This document shows positions 1 through 8,285 of a DNA stretch of 20,000 nucleotides, in pieces. Position 1 is the stretch's first letter, and the number at the start of each line of letters is the position of its first letter. A model generated the notes under the pieces. That model worked only from the letters and a program-made list of their open reading frames with translations. It was not told where the DNA came from and made no database searches. Source of the stretch: an uncultured virus (IMG/VR IMGVR_UViG_3300030101_003124) (lineage: Duplodnaviria; Heunggongvirae; Uroviricota; Caudoviricetes; Crassvirales). Both the position numbers and the translations under genes were made by a program. The stretch lies in the IMG/VR virus record IMGVR_UViG_3300030101_003124, positions 48,704-68,703 of that record; one strand, written 5' to 3'.

Positions 1-1114
1 AAAACAGTTTTGGAAAGATTACACATATTTAATGAACTCTGATTTCTTAGTAGAAAGAAGGGGTGGTAATAGAATAAATGTTGCTGAAAATGAAATAGCA
101 GAAGCTGCTAATAAAAATGGTGTTGAAGGTGCTATAAGTTATTTACTCAATAAAGGTTTTGTATTAACAAGAGCAGCTGATAGTCATGCTATTGCTTCTG
201 GTGGTGCTGCTTTTTATAGAAACAGAACTAACAGATACATTAAAGAAGGTATGAGTAAAGCTGAAGCAGAGAAAAAAGCATTTGATGATTTTAGAGAAAT
301 AACAGAAGAGTCACAGCAGTCAAGTAGAGCTGATAGAATATCAATGCAACAAGCTAGTCATTTAGGTAGATTAGTTTTATCGTTTGCTAACACTCCATCT
401 CAGTATGCTAGAATAATGCAAAGAGCCGCTGATGATCTTAAAAACGGTAGAGGTGATGCTAGAGAGCATATGTCTAAAATAGCTTATTATGGTTTTATAC
501 AAAACCTAATGTTTAACGGCTTACAAAACGCTTTATTTAGAGATGCATTTGATGATAATGAAAAAATAGACGGTGACTATGTTAGAACAGCTAATGGTAT
601 GGCTGAAAGTATATTAAGAGGTATGGGTTGGCAAGGTGCCGCTGTGAATACAGTTAGAAGTATGATGTATGCTGCTATAAAAGAAAGTCAAAAGAAAAGA
701 TCTAAATATGCTAACGTAGGTTATAATATAATGGACATGGCTCCACCTATAGATTCTAAAGTATCTAAACTAAGATCTGCTGGTTTAAAATTAGATTATG
801 AAATGGATCAAATAAAAGAAAAAGGATTTTTAGATCCTACAAACCCTGCTTACATGTCTCTTGGTCAAGTTGTATCAGCTACGACAAACGTTCCTTTAGA
901 CAGATTATTTATAAAATACAATAACATAGAAGCTGCGTTAAGAGAAGATACAGAAGACTGGCAACGTATAGCTTTATTACTAGGTTGGACAGAGTGGCAA
1001 CTTGGCATGTTAGATAAAGACGAAACAGAGGATTTAAAAGATCTTATAAGGGAAATTGGTGAAAGATCAGTCGGAGAAAGAGAAATTGGTGAGAGAACAA
1101 TACAAGAACGTTAA
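1..1114 (+). CDS. C-terminal part of a large phage protein, probably an internal virion/ejected structural protein (5'-truncated by the window)
   Basis: Frame is open from base 2 (KQFWKDYTYLM...), so the ATG at 32 is internal. Helical Ala/Gln/Glu-rich sequence (EESQQSSRADRISMQQASHLGRLVLSFANTPSQY) typical of large podovirus-type internal proteins; lies upstream of lysis genes. Confidence 0.6.
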   Translation, partial: KQFWKDYTYLMNSDFLVERRGGNRINVAENEIAEAANKNGVEGAISYLLNKGFVLTRAADSHAIASGGAAFYRNRTNRYIKEGMSKAEAEKKAFDDFREITEESQQSSRADRISMQQASHLGRLVLSFANTPSQYARIMQRAADDLKNGRGDAREHMSKIAYYGFIQNLMFNGLQNALFRDAFDDNEKIDGDYVRTANGMAESILRGMGWQGAAVNTVRSMMYAAIKESQKKRSKYANVGYNIMDMAPPIDSKVSKLRSAGLKLDYEMDQIKEKGFLDPTNPAYMSLGQVVSATTNVPLDRLFIKYNNIEAALREDTEDWQRIALLLGWTEWQLGMLDKDETEDLKDLIREIGERSVGEREIGERTIQER

Positions 1115-1157
1115 AAAAAACTAAAAACAAGTAATAATAAAATAAAACCCCTACAAC

Positions 1158-2354
1158 ATGAGACAATTGCTAATTATAGTATTTTTACTATCAAATATCA
1201 CTGTTTTTGCACAAGAAAACAAAAAAAGTATATTTAAATCAATTTATGATGAATTTTTTAAATATAGTACTTTTTACATAGCTGGTGATATAGATAATCC
1301 AAAAGAAGAAGTTAAAGATTATTTTGTAAGAACAAATCCAGATGGTGGTCTGTATGATATACCCGTTGTAGTAGACGGAACAGATTACTATGACTTTGAT
1401 TATAGATATGGTTTTGGTGTGCGTAAACTAGCTAGGTTTGATTATGAATTTAAAGGTAAACATTATTATGATGGTACTGAAAGTAGTGTAGGCTTAGCCG
1501 CAACTAATTCACCTGTAAAAGGTTTTGAATATTTATTCCACTGGGAAAAGGAAAGAGAAAGAGACGAAGTATTTGACAATCATAGATATTTTTTAAAACA
1601 TAGTGGTAAATACCATGTTGTTAAAATAGAAAGTAGAAAACAAGGTAAAGTTGATTTTAACTATAAGTCAGCTGAAGTAAAAGCTAAATTACCTATTGGT
1701 AATAAATTTAGTTTATCTGCAGGCGCTATATACCGTACACACGAAAGACCTTATGGATATAATCCTATTGAAATATGGTTAAATGAAACAGAAATAATAA
1801 ACGGTCAAGAATATCCTGTTAACTATTGGTACGAACTAGGTTTCTTATATGGTTATGATGATGTATATTATACACAGCAAGATGAGTTTGGCAACGAAGT
1901 ATATGACTGGTATTGGATAGATCCAGATGGAAATATAGTTGCTGATAGTGATTTAGAGTTTCGTGATGGTGTGTTTGCAGATCTTATGAACCGATACAAT
2001 AATGAGATATTTGAAAACATCGATGCGTTTGGTGTAATATCACCTGTTGTCGGTTTTGACTTTTACCACTATAAAAATAATTTCTGGCTCCATGCTTATG
2101 GTAACTACCTATTACCATATCACAAGTATGTTCAAGGTGACGAAGACTTTAGTTATTTAAATAGAAATAACTGGGGTAAAGGTGGACTAAAACAAGATTC
2201 TGAGCCAGAACAATGGGAGGATTATCAAGCTGGTGTTGTATTTGGTTGGAAGCTAAGTAAATCAATTGGTTTGTTTGTAGAGGGTGAATATACTAAATTC
2301 TGGGATAGTAAAATCTATAACAGTTCTGTTGGACTAAATATAACACTAAGATAA
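1158..2354 (+). CDS. Secreted protein, likely an outer-membrane beta-barrel
   Basis: Signal peptide MRQLLIIVFLLSNITVFA|Q; Tyr/Trp/Gly/Asp-rich with alternating beta-strand patterns; ends in the barrel-like strand YNSSVGLNITLR. Confidence 0.55.
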   Translation: MRQLLIIVFLLSNITVFAQENKKSIFKSIYDEFFKYSTFYIAGDIDNPKEEVKDYFVRTNPDGGLYDIPVVVDGTDYYDFDYRYGFGVRKLARFDYEFKGKHYYDGTESSVGLAATNSPVKGFEYLFHWEKERERDEVFDNHRYFLKHSGKYHVVKIESRKQGKVDFNYKSAEVKAKLPIGNKFSLSAGAIYRTHERPYGYNPIEIWLNETEIINGQEYPVNYWYELGFLYGYDDVYYTQQDEFGNEVYDWYWIDPDGNIVADSDLEFRDGVFADLMNRYNNEIFENIDAFGVISPVVGFDFYHYKNNFWLHAYGNYLLPYHKYVQGDEDFSYLNRNNWGKGGLKQDSEPEQWEDYQAGVVFGWKLSKSIGLFVEGEYTKFWDSKIYNSSVGLNITLR

Positions 2355-2638
2355 TGGCAAATCAAATTGGAGAAAACACAAAGGTAACATTAGACCTTAA
2401 AACAATAGGTATTATTGTAGGTTTTACAATTACTTTAGCAAGTATGTATTTTGTAATGCAAGCAGATATAGCTAAAGCTATGGAACTACCAGCACCTGTT
2501 ATTGATAGAGTTGAATATGATTTAAAAGATGAATTAATTCGTCAGACAATTATGGATACGCAAGAAGACGTAGAAGAAATTAAAGAAACTATTGACAAGA
2601 TAGATCAAAGATTATACGAAATACAAAGAAACAGGTAA
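2354..2638 (+). CDS. Single-TM protein with C-terminal coiled coil (membrane/lysis accessory)
   Basis: TM segment IGIIVGFTITLASMYFVM; heptads VEEIKETIDKIDQRLYEI; TAATG coupling at both ends. Confidence 0.6.
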   Translation: MANQIGENTKVTLDLKTIGIIVGFTITLASMYFVMQADIAKAMELPAPVIDRVEYDLKDELIRQTIMDTQEDVEEIKETIDKIDQRLYEIQRNR

Positions 2639-3081
2639 TGAAAGAAAAAACTAAAATTTTTATAATGTATATGCTTATTTTAATACTAGCATTTACAGCT
2701 AGCCTTGCAATGGCACAATCAGACGTGCCAGAAAAATATTGGATAGATGATACTAATTTTGAAGAAAAAATAAATATAAAAGAGGCTTTTGGAGACGATA
2801 ACAACAAACCTGTTGTAGTTGAGTTTTGGGCAAAGTTTAACGAAGTAAACTGTTTTGCTGAGTGGGATCAGTTAGAAGATGCTATTTATTATAGAGTTGA
2901 TATAGCTAAAGCTCCAACAGCTAAAAAGAAATACAAAGTCCGTATGGCACCAACTATTATAATATATAAAGATGGTTTTAAAGAAGAAGTTTTTAAAGCA
3001 GGTTTAGATCTTGAATTACCTGCAGGTCTCGAAGAAATTCAAGAAGCAATAAATGAAGTTAATAACGCAAGTAAATTTTAA
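2638..3081 (+). CDS. Secreted thioredoxin-fold protein lacking CxxC
   Basis: Signal peptide ...ASLAMA|Q. KPVVVEFWAKFN (Trx VxVxFWAxWC equivalent), YRVDI, KKYKVRMAPTIIIYKDG (cis-Pro motif). Confidence 0.7.
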   Translation: MKEKTKIFIMYMLILILAFTASLAMAQSDVPEKYWIDDTNFEEKINIKEAFGDDNNKPVVVEFWAKFNEVNCFAEWDQLEDAIYYRVDIAKAPTAKKKYKVRMAPTIIIYKDGFKEEVFKAGLDLELPAGLEEIQEAINEVNNASKF

Positions 3082-3439
3082 GCTATGTGTCCTTTTTGTC
3101 CTATTTGCATTTGTAAGTAATGCACAATTATTAAGTGAAAAAGATAAACAGTTACATTTTGTAGCTGGTAGCTTGGCTAGTGCAACCGGCTATACGTATG
3201 TGTGGAACAAAACAAAGGATAAAAAATTATCTTTAATGGCTGGTATAGGTACTTCTATATTAGCTGGATCAATAAAAGAAATATTAGACTCTACTCAACC
3301 AGGTAACAAGTTTGACACAAGAGATCTAACCGCTACAGCACTTGGCGGTATAACTGTAAGTGTTACAATTAATTTATTTAATAATGATAAATCTAATAAA
3401 AAAGTTCGTAAAAGACGTTTGGGCGTATTTATGGAGTAA
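3053..3439 (+). CDS. YfiM/DUF2279-like membrane protein
   Basis: DKQLHFVAG ... GSIKEILDS ... FDTRDLTATALGG motifs; signal-like N-terminus ending SNA|Q. Confidence 0.6.
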   Translation: MKLITQVNFKLCVLFVLFAFVSNAQLLSEKDKQLHFVAGSLASATGYTYVWNKTKDKKLSLMAGIGTSILAGSIKEILDSTQPGNKFDTRDLTATALGGITVSVTINLFNNDKSNKKVRKRRLGVFME

Positions 3440-3623
3440 AACTACAGTAGATGAAAAAGCAATTGCTACTGTAAAAGAAATAAAGAAAAGATATAAGCTA
3501 ACTGCAGAAGAACTTGCAGATGTAGCTAAAGCAATAAAAGAAGTTGGAAACCAATTAGGTGACATTGATGACGCTATTGCTGGTAAAGCACGTAAAGGTA
3601 GAAAAAGTGGAAAGACTAAGTAA
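3384..3623 (+). CDS. Hypothetical helical protein
   Basis: ORF 3360..3623; ATG at 3384 (MINLIKKFVKDVWAYLW) preferred. Amphipathic N-terminus, coiled coil, basic tail. Confidence 0.55.
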   Translation: MINLIKKFVKDVWAYLWSKTTVDEKAIATVKEIKKRYKLTAEELADVAKAIKEVGNQLGDIDDAIAGKARKGRKSGKTK

Positions 3624-4071
3624 ACACGTAAGTTATCGCGAAGGTGTGTATAGCAGAACAGCAGAGAGACTTGGATTAAAAAATGATCCCTCTGATGTTC
3701 ATTTAACAAACATGAAGCTTATTGCAGAAAAAGTATTTGAACCTCTTAGAGAGTTTGTAGGAGGTCCTATAAAGATAAATTCATTTTATCGTGGACCTGA
3801 ACTTAACAAAGCTATTGGTGGTTCATCAAAATCTCAACATTGTCATGGTCAAGCAATTGACATTGATGATACATTTGGACATGCTACTAATGCTGTTATG
3901 TTTAAATGGATAAGAGAAAACATAGACTTTGATCAGATGATATGGGAGTTCGGCACTGACAAAAATCCTAACTGGGTTCACGTTAGTTACGTAAGTCCTG
4001 AGTCTAATAGAAAAAGATGCTTAAAAGCATATAAAGACAAAAACAATAAAACAAACTACAAAATAATATAA
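3607..4071 (+). CDS. Peptidase M15A-family (Zn D-Ala-D-Ala carboxypeptidase-like) endolysin
   Basis: INSFYRGPELNKAIGGSSKSQHCHGQAIDI and WVHVSY carry the His/Asp/His Zn ligands. Probable GTG start at 3607 (ORF open from 3559). Confidence 0.85.
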   Translation: MERLSKHVSYREGVYSRTAERLGLKNDPSDVHLTNMKLIAEKVFEPLREFVGGPIKINSFYRGPELNKAIGGSSKSQHCHGQAIDIDDTFGHATNAVMFKWIRENIDFDQMIWEFGTDKNPNWVHVSYVSPESNRKRCLKAYKDKNNKTNYKII

Positions 4072-4073
4072 CT

Positions 4074-4343
4074 ATGGCAAAGAAAAAAGGTAAAGGTTTA
4101 AAAAGCGCTTGCTGGTCAGGTTACGAAGCTATCGGCATGAAGAAAAAAGGCGGTAGGATGGTACCTAACTGCGTTCCTATAACTAAGAAAGTAAAAAAAT
4201 CGCCAGCTAAAATAGCTCCATTATTAGCAGCTGCTGTACCAATGGTTGGTAAAGCAATTGCGGGTGCTGTTGCAAATAAAGCTGTTAACGCAGTATCAAA
4301 ATACTCACCTGCTAAAGCTGGTTGTGGTAATCATAAAAAATAA
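4074..4343 (+). CDS. Small basic phage protein with CWxGY...VPNCV motif
   Basis: ACWSGYEAIGMKKKGGRMVPNCVP motif seen in small phage proteins; Lys/Ala-rich. Confidence 0.6.
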   Translation: MAKKKGKGLKSACWSGYEAIGMKKKGGRMVPNCVPITKKVKKSPAKIAPLLAAAVPMVGKAIAGAVANKAVNAVSKYSPAKAGCGNHKK

Positions 4344-4346
4344 GAT

Positions 4347-4763
4347 ATGTGGTTAAAAAGAGTTAATAGCACTACAAACAATACGTTTAATTACGACTGT
4401 CATACAGAGTGTAAAACCTGTGGTAGTCCAGCTAAACATTGTGGTTGTGGTATTATAGGACCTAAAAAAATAGGTGACGCACCATATCCATCTCCAGCTA
4501 AAAAGAAAAAAAGTAACGAACCTAGAAAAACTACTAAAGGTAAAGGGCGTAACTTTCGTACTACAAAAGAAGGTGCAGGTATGACTGAAAAAGGTGTAAA
4601 AGAGTATAGAAAGAAAAATCCTGGTAGTAAATTAAAGACAGCTGTAACAGGTAAAGTAAAACCTGGTAGCAAAGCTGCTAAACGTAGAAAATCATTTTGC
4701 GCTAGATCAAAAGGTTGGACCGGTGAAAGAGGTCGAGCTGCTAGACGTAGATGGAAATGCTAA
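4347..4763 (+). CDS. Very basic protein with DUF6321-like C-terminus and Cys/His-rich N-terminus
   Basis: GMTEKGVKEYRKKNPGSKLKTAVT...KRRKSFCARS...RRRWKC; N-terminal CHTECKTC...HCGC. Confidence 0.6.
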   Translation: MWLKRVNSTTNNTFNYDCHTECKTCGSPAKHCGCGIIGPKKIGDAPYPSPAKKKKSNEPRKTTKGKGRNFRTTKEGAGMTEKGVKEYRKKNPGSKLKTAVTGKVKPGSKAAKRRKSFCARSKGWTGERGRAARRRWKC

Positions 4764-4767
4764 AATT

Positions 4768-4983
4768 ATGTGGAAATTATTTGAAGATAAAAACAACATT
4801 AACGAAAAGAACATAATAGGTTTTGCTTCTTTTATAGTAATGGTTTTGTTTGCTGTGGCTGACTTACTAACAAGTCTTATAGCAGATAAAGATCTTATTA
4901 TTAATGAAGTAGTTTATAATTCTTTCGTGTGGGTTACACTTGGATGTTTTGGCATATCTGCTGTAGAAAAAATAAAGAAATAA
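4768..4983 (+). CDS. Two-TM membrane protein, holin candidate
   Basis: ATG 4768 follows the upstream stop at 4763; two hydrophobic helices and a basic C-terminus EKIKK; near the endolysin. Confidence 0.5.
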   Translation: MWKLFEDKNNINEKNIIGFASFIVMVLFAVADLLTSLIADKDLIINEVVYNSFVWVTLGCFGISAVEKIKK

Positions 4984-5012
4984 AAAAAAGGGGCTTTCGC
5001 CCCTTTAATTTT
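4982..5012. terminator. Intrinsic, probably bidirectional terminator between the convergent arms
   Basis: AAAGGGGC-TTTC-GCCCCTTT (4987-5006). On the - strand it has a GAAA tetraloop followed by U8; on the + strand it is followed by TTTAATTTT. Confidence 0.9.
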
Positions 5013-6732
5013 ATCCATCGCAACTTAAACAATCTTCACTCATAGCTTGTTTAGCTATATCTCCTCTGAGAACTGATTCTGTTCTCATATAATACAAAGT
5101 TTTAATTCCTTTCTTCCAAGCTTCTAAATGTATTTTATTTATCCATTTAGGTTCTGCTTGTGAAGGAAAAGCTAAGTTTAAACTAACAGACTGATCTATG
5201 TACTGTTGACGTATACCCGCCTGATTAACTAGTTCTAGTTGATTTATTTCCTTAAATGTTTTGTAAACTTCTTTTATAGGCACGTTGTGTTCTCCAATAG
5301 TAATTTTGTCTAATTGTTTTATACCTTGTACTGAACCACCGTCTTTTAAAATTTGATTCCATATTTTATCTGTATTTAAATTATTCTTTTTTAATTCTTG
5401 TACCAACGTAGGGTTCTTACGAATGAACGTACCTTTAGCAGATTGCTCTGTAAAAACATTAGCAGCCCATGGCTCAACTCCAGGGCTAATATTACCAGAG
5501 AGCTTGCTATTACTAACAGTAGGAGCGATAGCTCTAAGATGTGTGTTCCTAAATCCTGTGCCAACGCACCAAAGCGGTTCGCCGAACGTTTCAGCAAGTG
5601 CCATGCTTGCTCTTTCCGATTCAATTTTGATTTGTGAAAATATTCTTCTTGTTTCATATTGTGCTAATAATCCTTCAAAAGGTAAACCTTTTTGTTGTAA
5701 ATAAGTATGCCAACCTAATACTCCTAATCCTAGTGCTCTACCTTTTTCAGCAGATCTTATAGAGTTTTCAAAACCTTTTCTATATTTAGCTTTTTGTATA
5801 AACTCTTCTAACACTCCATCTAAAAACCATATACTATCGTATATTAAATTAGAGTTTTTCCACTCTTTATATTTAGCTAGATTTAAACTAGATAAACAAC
5901 ATACAAAACTATGGTTTTCATCTGTATGTAATACTATTTCACTGCATATATTAGTCATAAACACTTTTAAAGCATTGTCTTTATACGCAGCAGGGTTGTT
6001 CTTGTTAATATTACCTTTAAACATTATATAGGGTTCGCCTGTAGCTTTACGCTTTTGTAATAACTTACCCCATTTACGTCTTGCAACTTTATCACCAGCC
6101 ATGAGTTTACGCATAAACTTATCGCCAATAACAGTACACTGATGCATGTTTAGTGATTGTCTATTAATATCACCTTTAGGTTCTCTTATTTCCAACCAGT
6201 CTTCCCAATCTTTATGTTCTATATTCAAGTTAACTGACGCAGCACCTCTACGGACAGCACCTTGATTTGTAGCTAATATAGTTGAATCATATATTTTACA
6301 AAAAGGTACTACTCCGTCCGACGTGCCATTCATTGTTATCTCTGCACCTGCAGGCCTGATCTGGTTAATACCAATACCAACACCACCTCCGTGCTTTGCG
6401 AGTAACATCATCTCTAAATTTTTAGTTCCAATATCAATTATACTATCTGCAACATCAATACCAAAACAACTGATTGGTAAACCCCTATCAGTTCCTGTAT
6501 TAGAGAGTACAGGAGACGCTAAGCATAACCAACCTTTCCATATATAATCAAAGAAAGTTTCAGCCATCTCAGGTCTTTTTAAACGTTTAGCTACAGTTGT
6601 AGCCACACGCATGTAAGCTTCTCTAGGTGTTTCACCGTTATATAAGTAACCACCTTGTATTGTTTTTTTATATACGTCAGCTTCTGCCCAATCTGGGTAG
6701 TCCTGACCTTTTATCCATCTATTACTCCACAT
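5011..6732 (-). CDS. nrdA: Class I ribonucleotide reductase alpha subunit (no ATP cone)
   Basis: LPISCF, TNICSEI (thiyl Cys), AIAPTVS, KTLYYMR, C-terminal CLSC. Start at 6732 (MWSNRW) via TAATG overlap rather than 6795. Confidence 0.95.
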   Translation of the reverse strand: MWSNRWIKGQDYPDWAEADVYKKTIQGGYLYNGETPREAYMRVATTVAKRLKRPEMAETFFDYIWKGWLCLASPVLSNTGTDRGLPISCFGIDVADSIIDIGTKNLEMMLLAKHGGGVGIGINQIRPAGAEITMNGTSDGVVPFCKIYDSTILATNQGAVRRGAASVNLNIEHKDWEDWLEIREPKGDINRQSLNMHQCTVIGDKFMRKLMAGDKVARRKWGKLLQKRKATGEPYIMFKGNINKNNPAAYKDNALKVFMTNICSEIVLHTDENHSFVCCLSSLNLAKYKEWKNSNLIYDSIWFLDGVLEEFIQKAKYRKGFENSIRSAEKGRALGLGVLGWHTYLQQKGLPFEGLLAQYETRRIFSQIKIESERASMALAETFGEPLWCVGTGFRNTHLRAIAPTVSNSKLSGNISPGVEPWAANVFTEQSAKGTFIRKNPTLVQELKKNNLNTDKIWNQILKDGGSVQGIKQLDKITIGEHNVPIKEVYKTFKEINQLELVNQAGIRQQYIDQSVSLNLAFPSQAEPKWINKIHLEAWKKGIKTLYYMRTESVLRGDIAKQAMSEDCLSCDG

Positions 6733-6983
6733 TATGCTATTAAGTGTTTTGTCCAAGCAACTAAACCATTGATGTTTAGCGCTACTAAGTTCCATTGTTT
6801 TCTAGCTGCAACCTGTATTAACACGCAGCAAAAACCAGCTATGTATAATTTAGGTTCTAACGTCCAGTGTGCTGCTAATAAACAGCCCGCACCAAAATAA
6901 CCTACCCTACTAGCTAGTCTTTCGCTAGGTGTTAATTTTTTATTACGTACTAGAAACTTCATTATTTTATATTTAGTTCCCAT
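6732..6983 (-). CDS. Small ~3-TM membrane protein (PnuC/SemiSWEET-like half-transporter candidate)
   Basis: Hydrophobic segments VGYFGAGCLLAAHW, LYIAGFCCVLIQVAA, QWNLVALNINGLVAW; translationally coupled to nrdA. Confidence 0.55.
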   Translation of the reverse strand: MGTKYKIMKFLVRNKKLTPSERLASRVGYFGAGCLLAAHWTLEPKLYIAGFCCVLIQVAARKQWNLVALNINGLVAWTKHLIA

Positions 6984-7036
6984 TATTTATATAAATCTTT
7001 ATATATATCATCTTCTGTTATATCGATATTATTCAT
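6983..7036 (-). CDS. Possible 17-aa micro-ORF MNNIDITEDDIYKDLYK
   Basis: Fills the gap after the nrdB stop; AT-rich leader; TAATG coupling to the next ORF. Confidence 0.3.
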   Translation of the reverse strand: MNNIDITEDDIYKDLYK

Positions 7037-7049
7037 AATATTTAATCTA

Positions 7050-8009
7050 TTACCATATATCTTCGAAATCTTCTCCTTCATTCGCTTTGCTGTAGTCTGT
7101 TGGGCGTATCGCGAAAAAGTCAGTATGAGTATGCCCGCCGGTAAGATGGTAAAACCAATCAAGATTATTTGCTGAAGCCTCGTCATACTTGAAAACTCCT
7201 TTATAACCGAGTTCAACAAGTTTTTCATTTAGTCTTTTTTTAATAAATTGTTTTAAATCGTTTGCTTTTAAATTTTCTATGTCACCCATTTCAAACATTT
7301 TATCAATATACTTCATTTCAGCATCGTGCATTGCGCTAGCCGCATCAACAACAGCTTCTTTGCAATCTTTTAAAAGATCTTTATCTTCTTCACACATATG
7401 TCTAAATAATCTACATCCCATTTTACTATGTAATGATTCGTCTCTTACAGACCATTTCATTTGTTGTCCAATTCCTTTGAGCATGTTTCGCATTTGAAAG
7501 CTGTACAATACTGCAAAAGCGGAGTATAAAGAAACACCTTCAGCAAAAGCGGAAAATACCGCCAAGCTTTTAGCAATTTCTTTTTTATCATTTCCTTCAT
7601 ATCCTACTAAATTATCAAAACGTTCCATTGTTGCTTCGTCTTGCAAGAACGCTTCAAAGTTTTCTAATCCTAATGTTTCATTTAAGTAACTATAAGCTAC
7701 TGCGTGTATTGTCTCTTGTGATCCAAACATCATAGCCATTTGTTGTATCTCGTGTTTAGGAAACCATGATACAACTTTTTGTGTCCAGTAATCACTTACT
7801 GCACATTCAGTCTGAGCAAAACCTAGTAGTATATTTCCTACTAAGTTTTTTTCAGCTGGTGTTAACTTTTCGTTCCAGTCTTTTACATCTCCACTCATTG
7901 GTATTTCTGTATGTAACCAAAACGCCTGAGCTTGTTTTAACCAACCTTCTGTGTAATACTCAGGGTACTCAAAAGGTTTATATGGTATTCTTTGATCAAA
8001 TAATCCCAT
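7050..8009 (-). CDS. nrdB: Class I ribonucleotide reductase beta subunit
   Basis: FWLHTEI, QETIHAVAY (ExxH plus radical Tyr), FAEGVSLYSAF, RDESLH. Start at 8009 (MGLFDQR). Confidence 0.95.
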   Translation of the reverse strand: MGLFDQRIPYKPFEYPEYYTEGWLKQAQAFWLHTEIPMSGDVKDWNEKLTPAEKNLVGNILLGFAQTECAVSDYWTQKVVSWFPKHEIQQMAMMFGSQETIHAVAYSYLNETLGLENFEAFLQDEATMERFDNLVGYEGNDKKEIAKSLAVFSAFAEGVSLYSAFAVLYSFQMRNMLKGIGQQMKWSVRDESLHSKMGCRLFRHMCEEDKDLLKDCKEAVVDAASAMHDAEMKYIDKMFEMGDIENLKANDLKQFIKKRLNEKLVELGYKGVFKYDEASANNLDWFYHLTGGHTHTDFFAIRPTDYSKANEGEDFEDIW

Positions 8010-8013
8010 TTTC

Positions 8014-8154
8014 TTAATAATATGTTGTGTAACAAATATCAAAGAAGCCTAAGTATAATACATAGTCTATCTTTGAGTTATCTATATCTTCGTACTGTCT
8101 TATTCCAAACAGTACTCCTGGCACTAAGCCAATATTAATTTCCCATGCTTTCAT
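8014..8154 (-). CDS. Hypothetical 46-aa protein (not in ORF track)
   Basis: MKAWEINIGLVPGVLFGIRQYEDIDNSKIDYVLYLGFFDICYTTYY; ATGA overlap with the upstream ORF; ends 4 nt before nrdB. Confidence 0.65.
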   Translation of the reverse strand: MKAWEINIGLVPGVLFGIRQYEDIDNSKIDYVLYLGFFDICYTTYY

Positions 8155-8285
8155 CTACCTTGTCCTTTATAACGTTTAACATAATTTTTACTACCTTTGC
8201 ATTTAGACGTTTTAGTTTTAGCATGAACGCCTGGTCGTTTTTTTCTAGCTGGTTTATATATATGCACTGATACTTTTCTAGCCAT
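8151..8285 (-). CDS. Small basic 44-aa protein with KxY(R/K)GQG-type C-terminus (not in ORF track)
   Basis: MARKVSVHIYKPARKKRPGVHAKTKTSKCKGSKNYVKRYKGQGR; overlaps both neighbours. Confidence 0.7.
   Translation of the reverse strand: MARKVSVHIYKPARKKRPGVHAKTKTSKCKGSKNYVKRYKGQGR

Noticed and set aside
2589..4672. Minus-strand ORFs 2589-2807, 3374-3709, 4400-4672
   Set aside because: Antisense shadows of Lys-rich + strand genes.
6983..7228. 81-aa ORF overlapping the nrdB 3' end
   Set aside because: Alternative frame of conserved nrdB; only the last 17 codons lie in free space.
5391..7497. Several short ORFs within nrdA/nrdB (5391, 5398, 5423, 6323, 6655, 7279)
   Set aside because: Antisense or off-frame shadows of well-supported genes.
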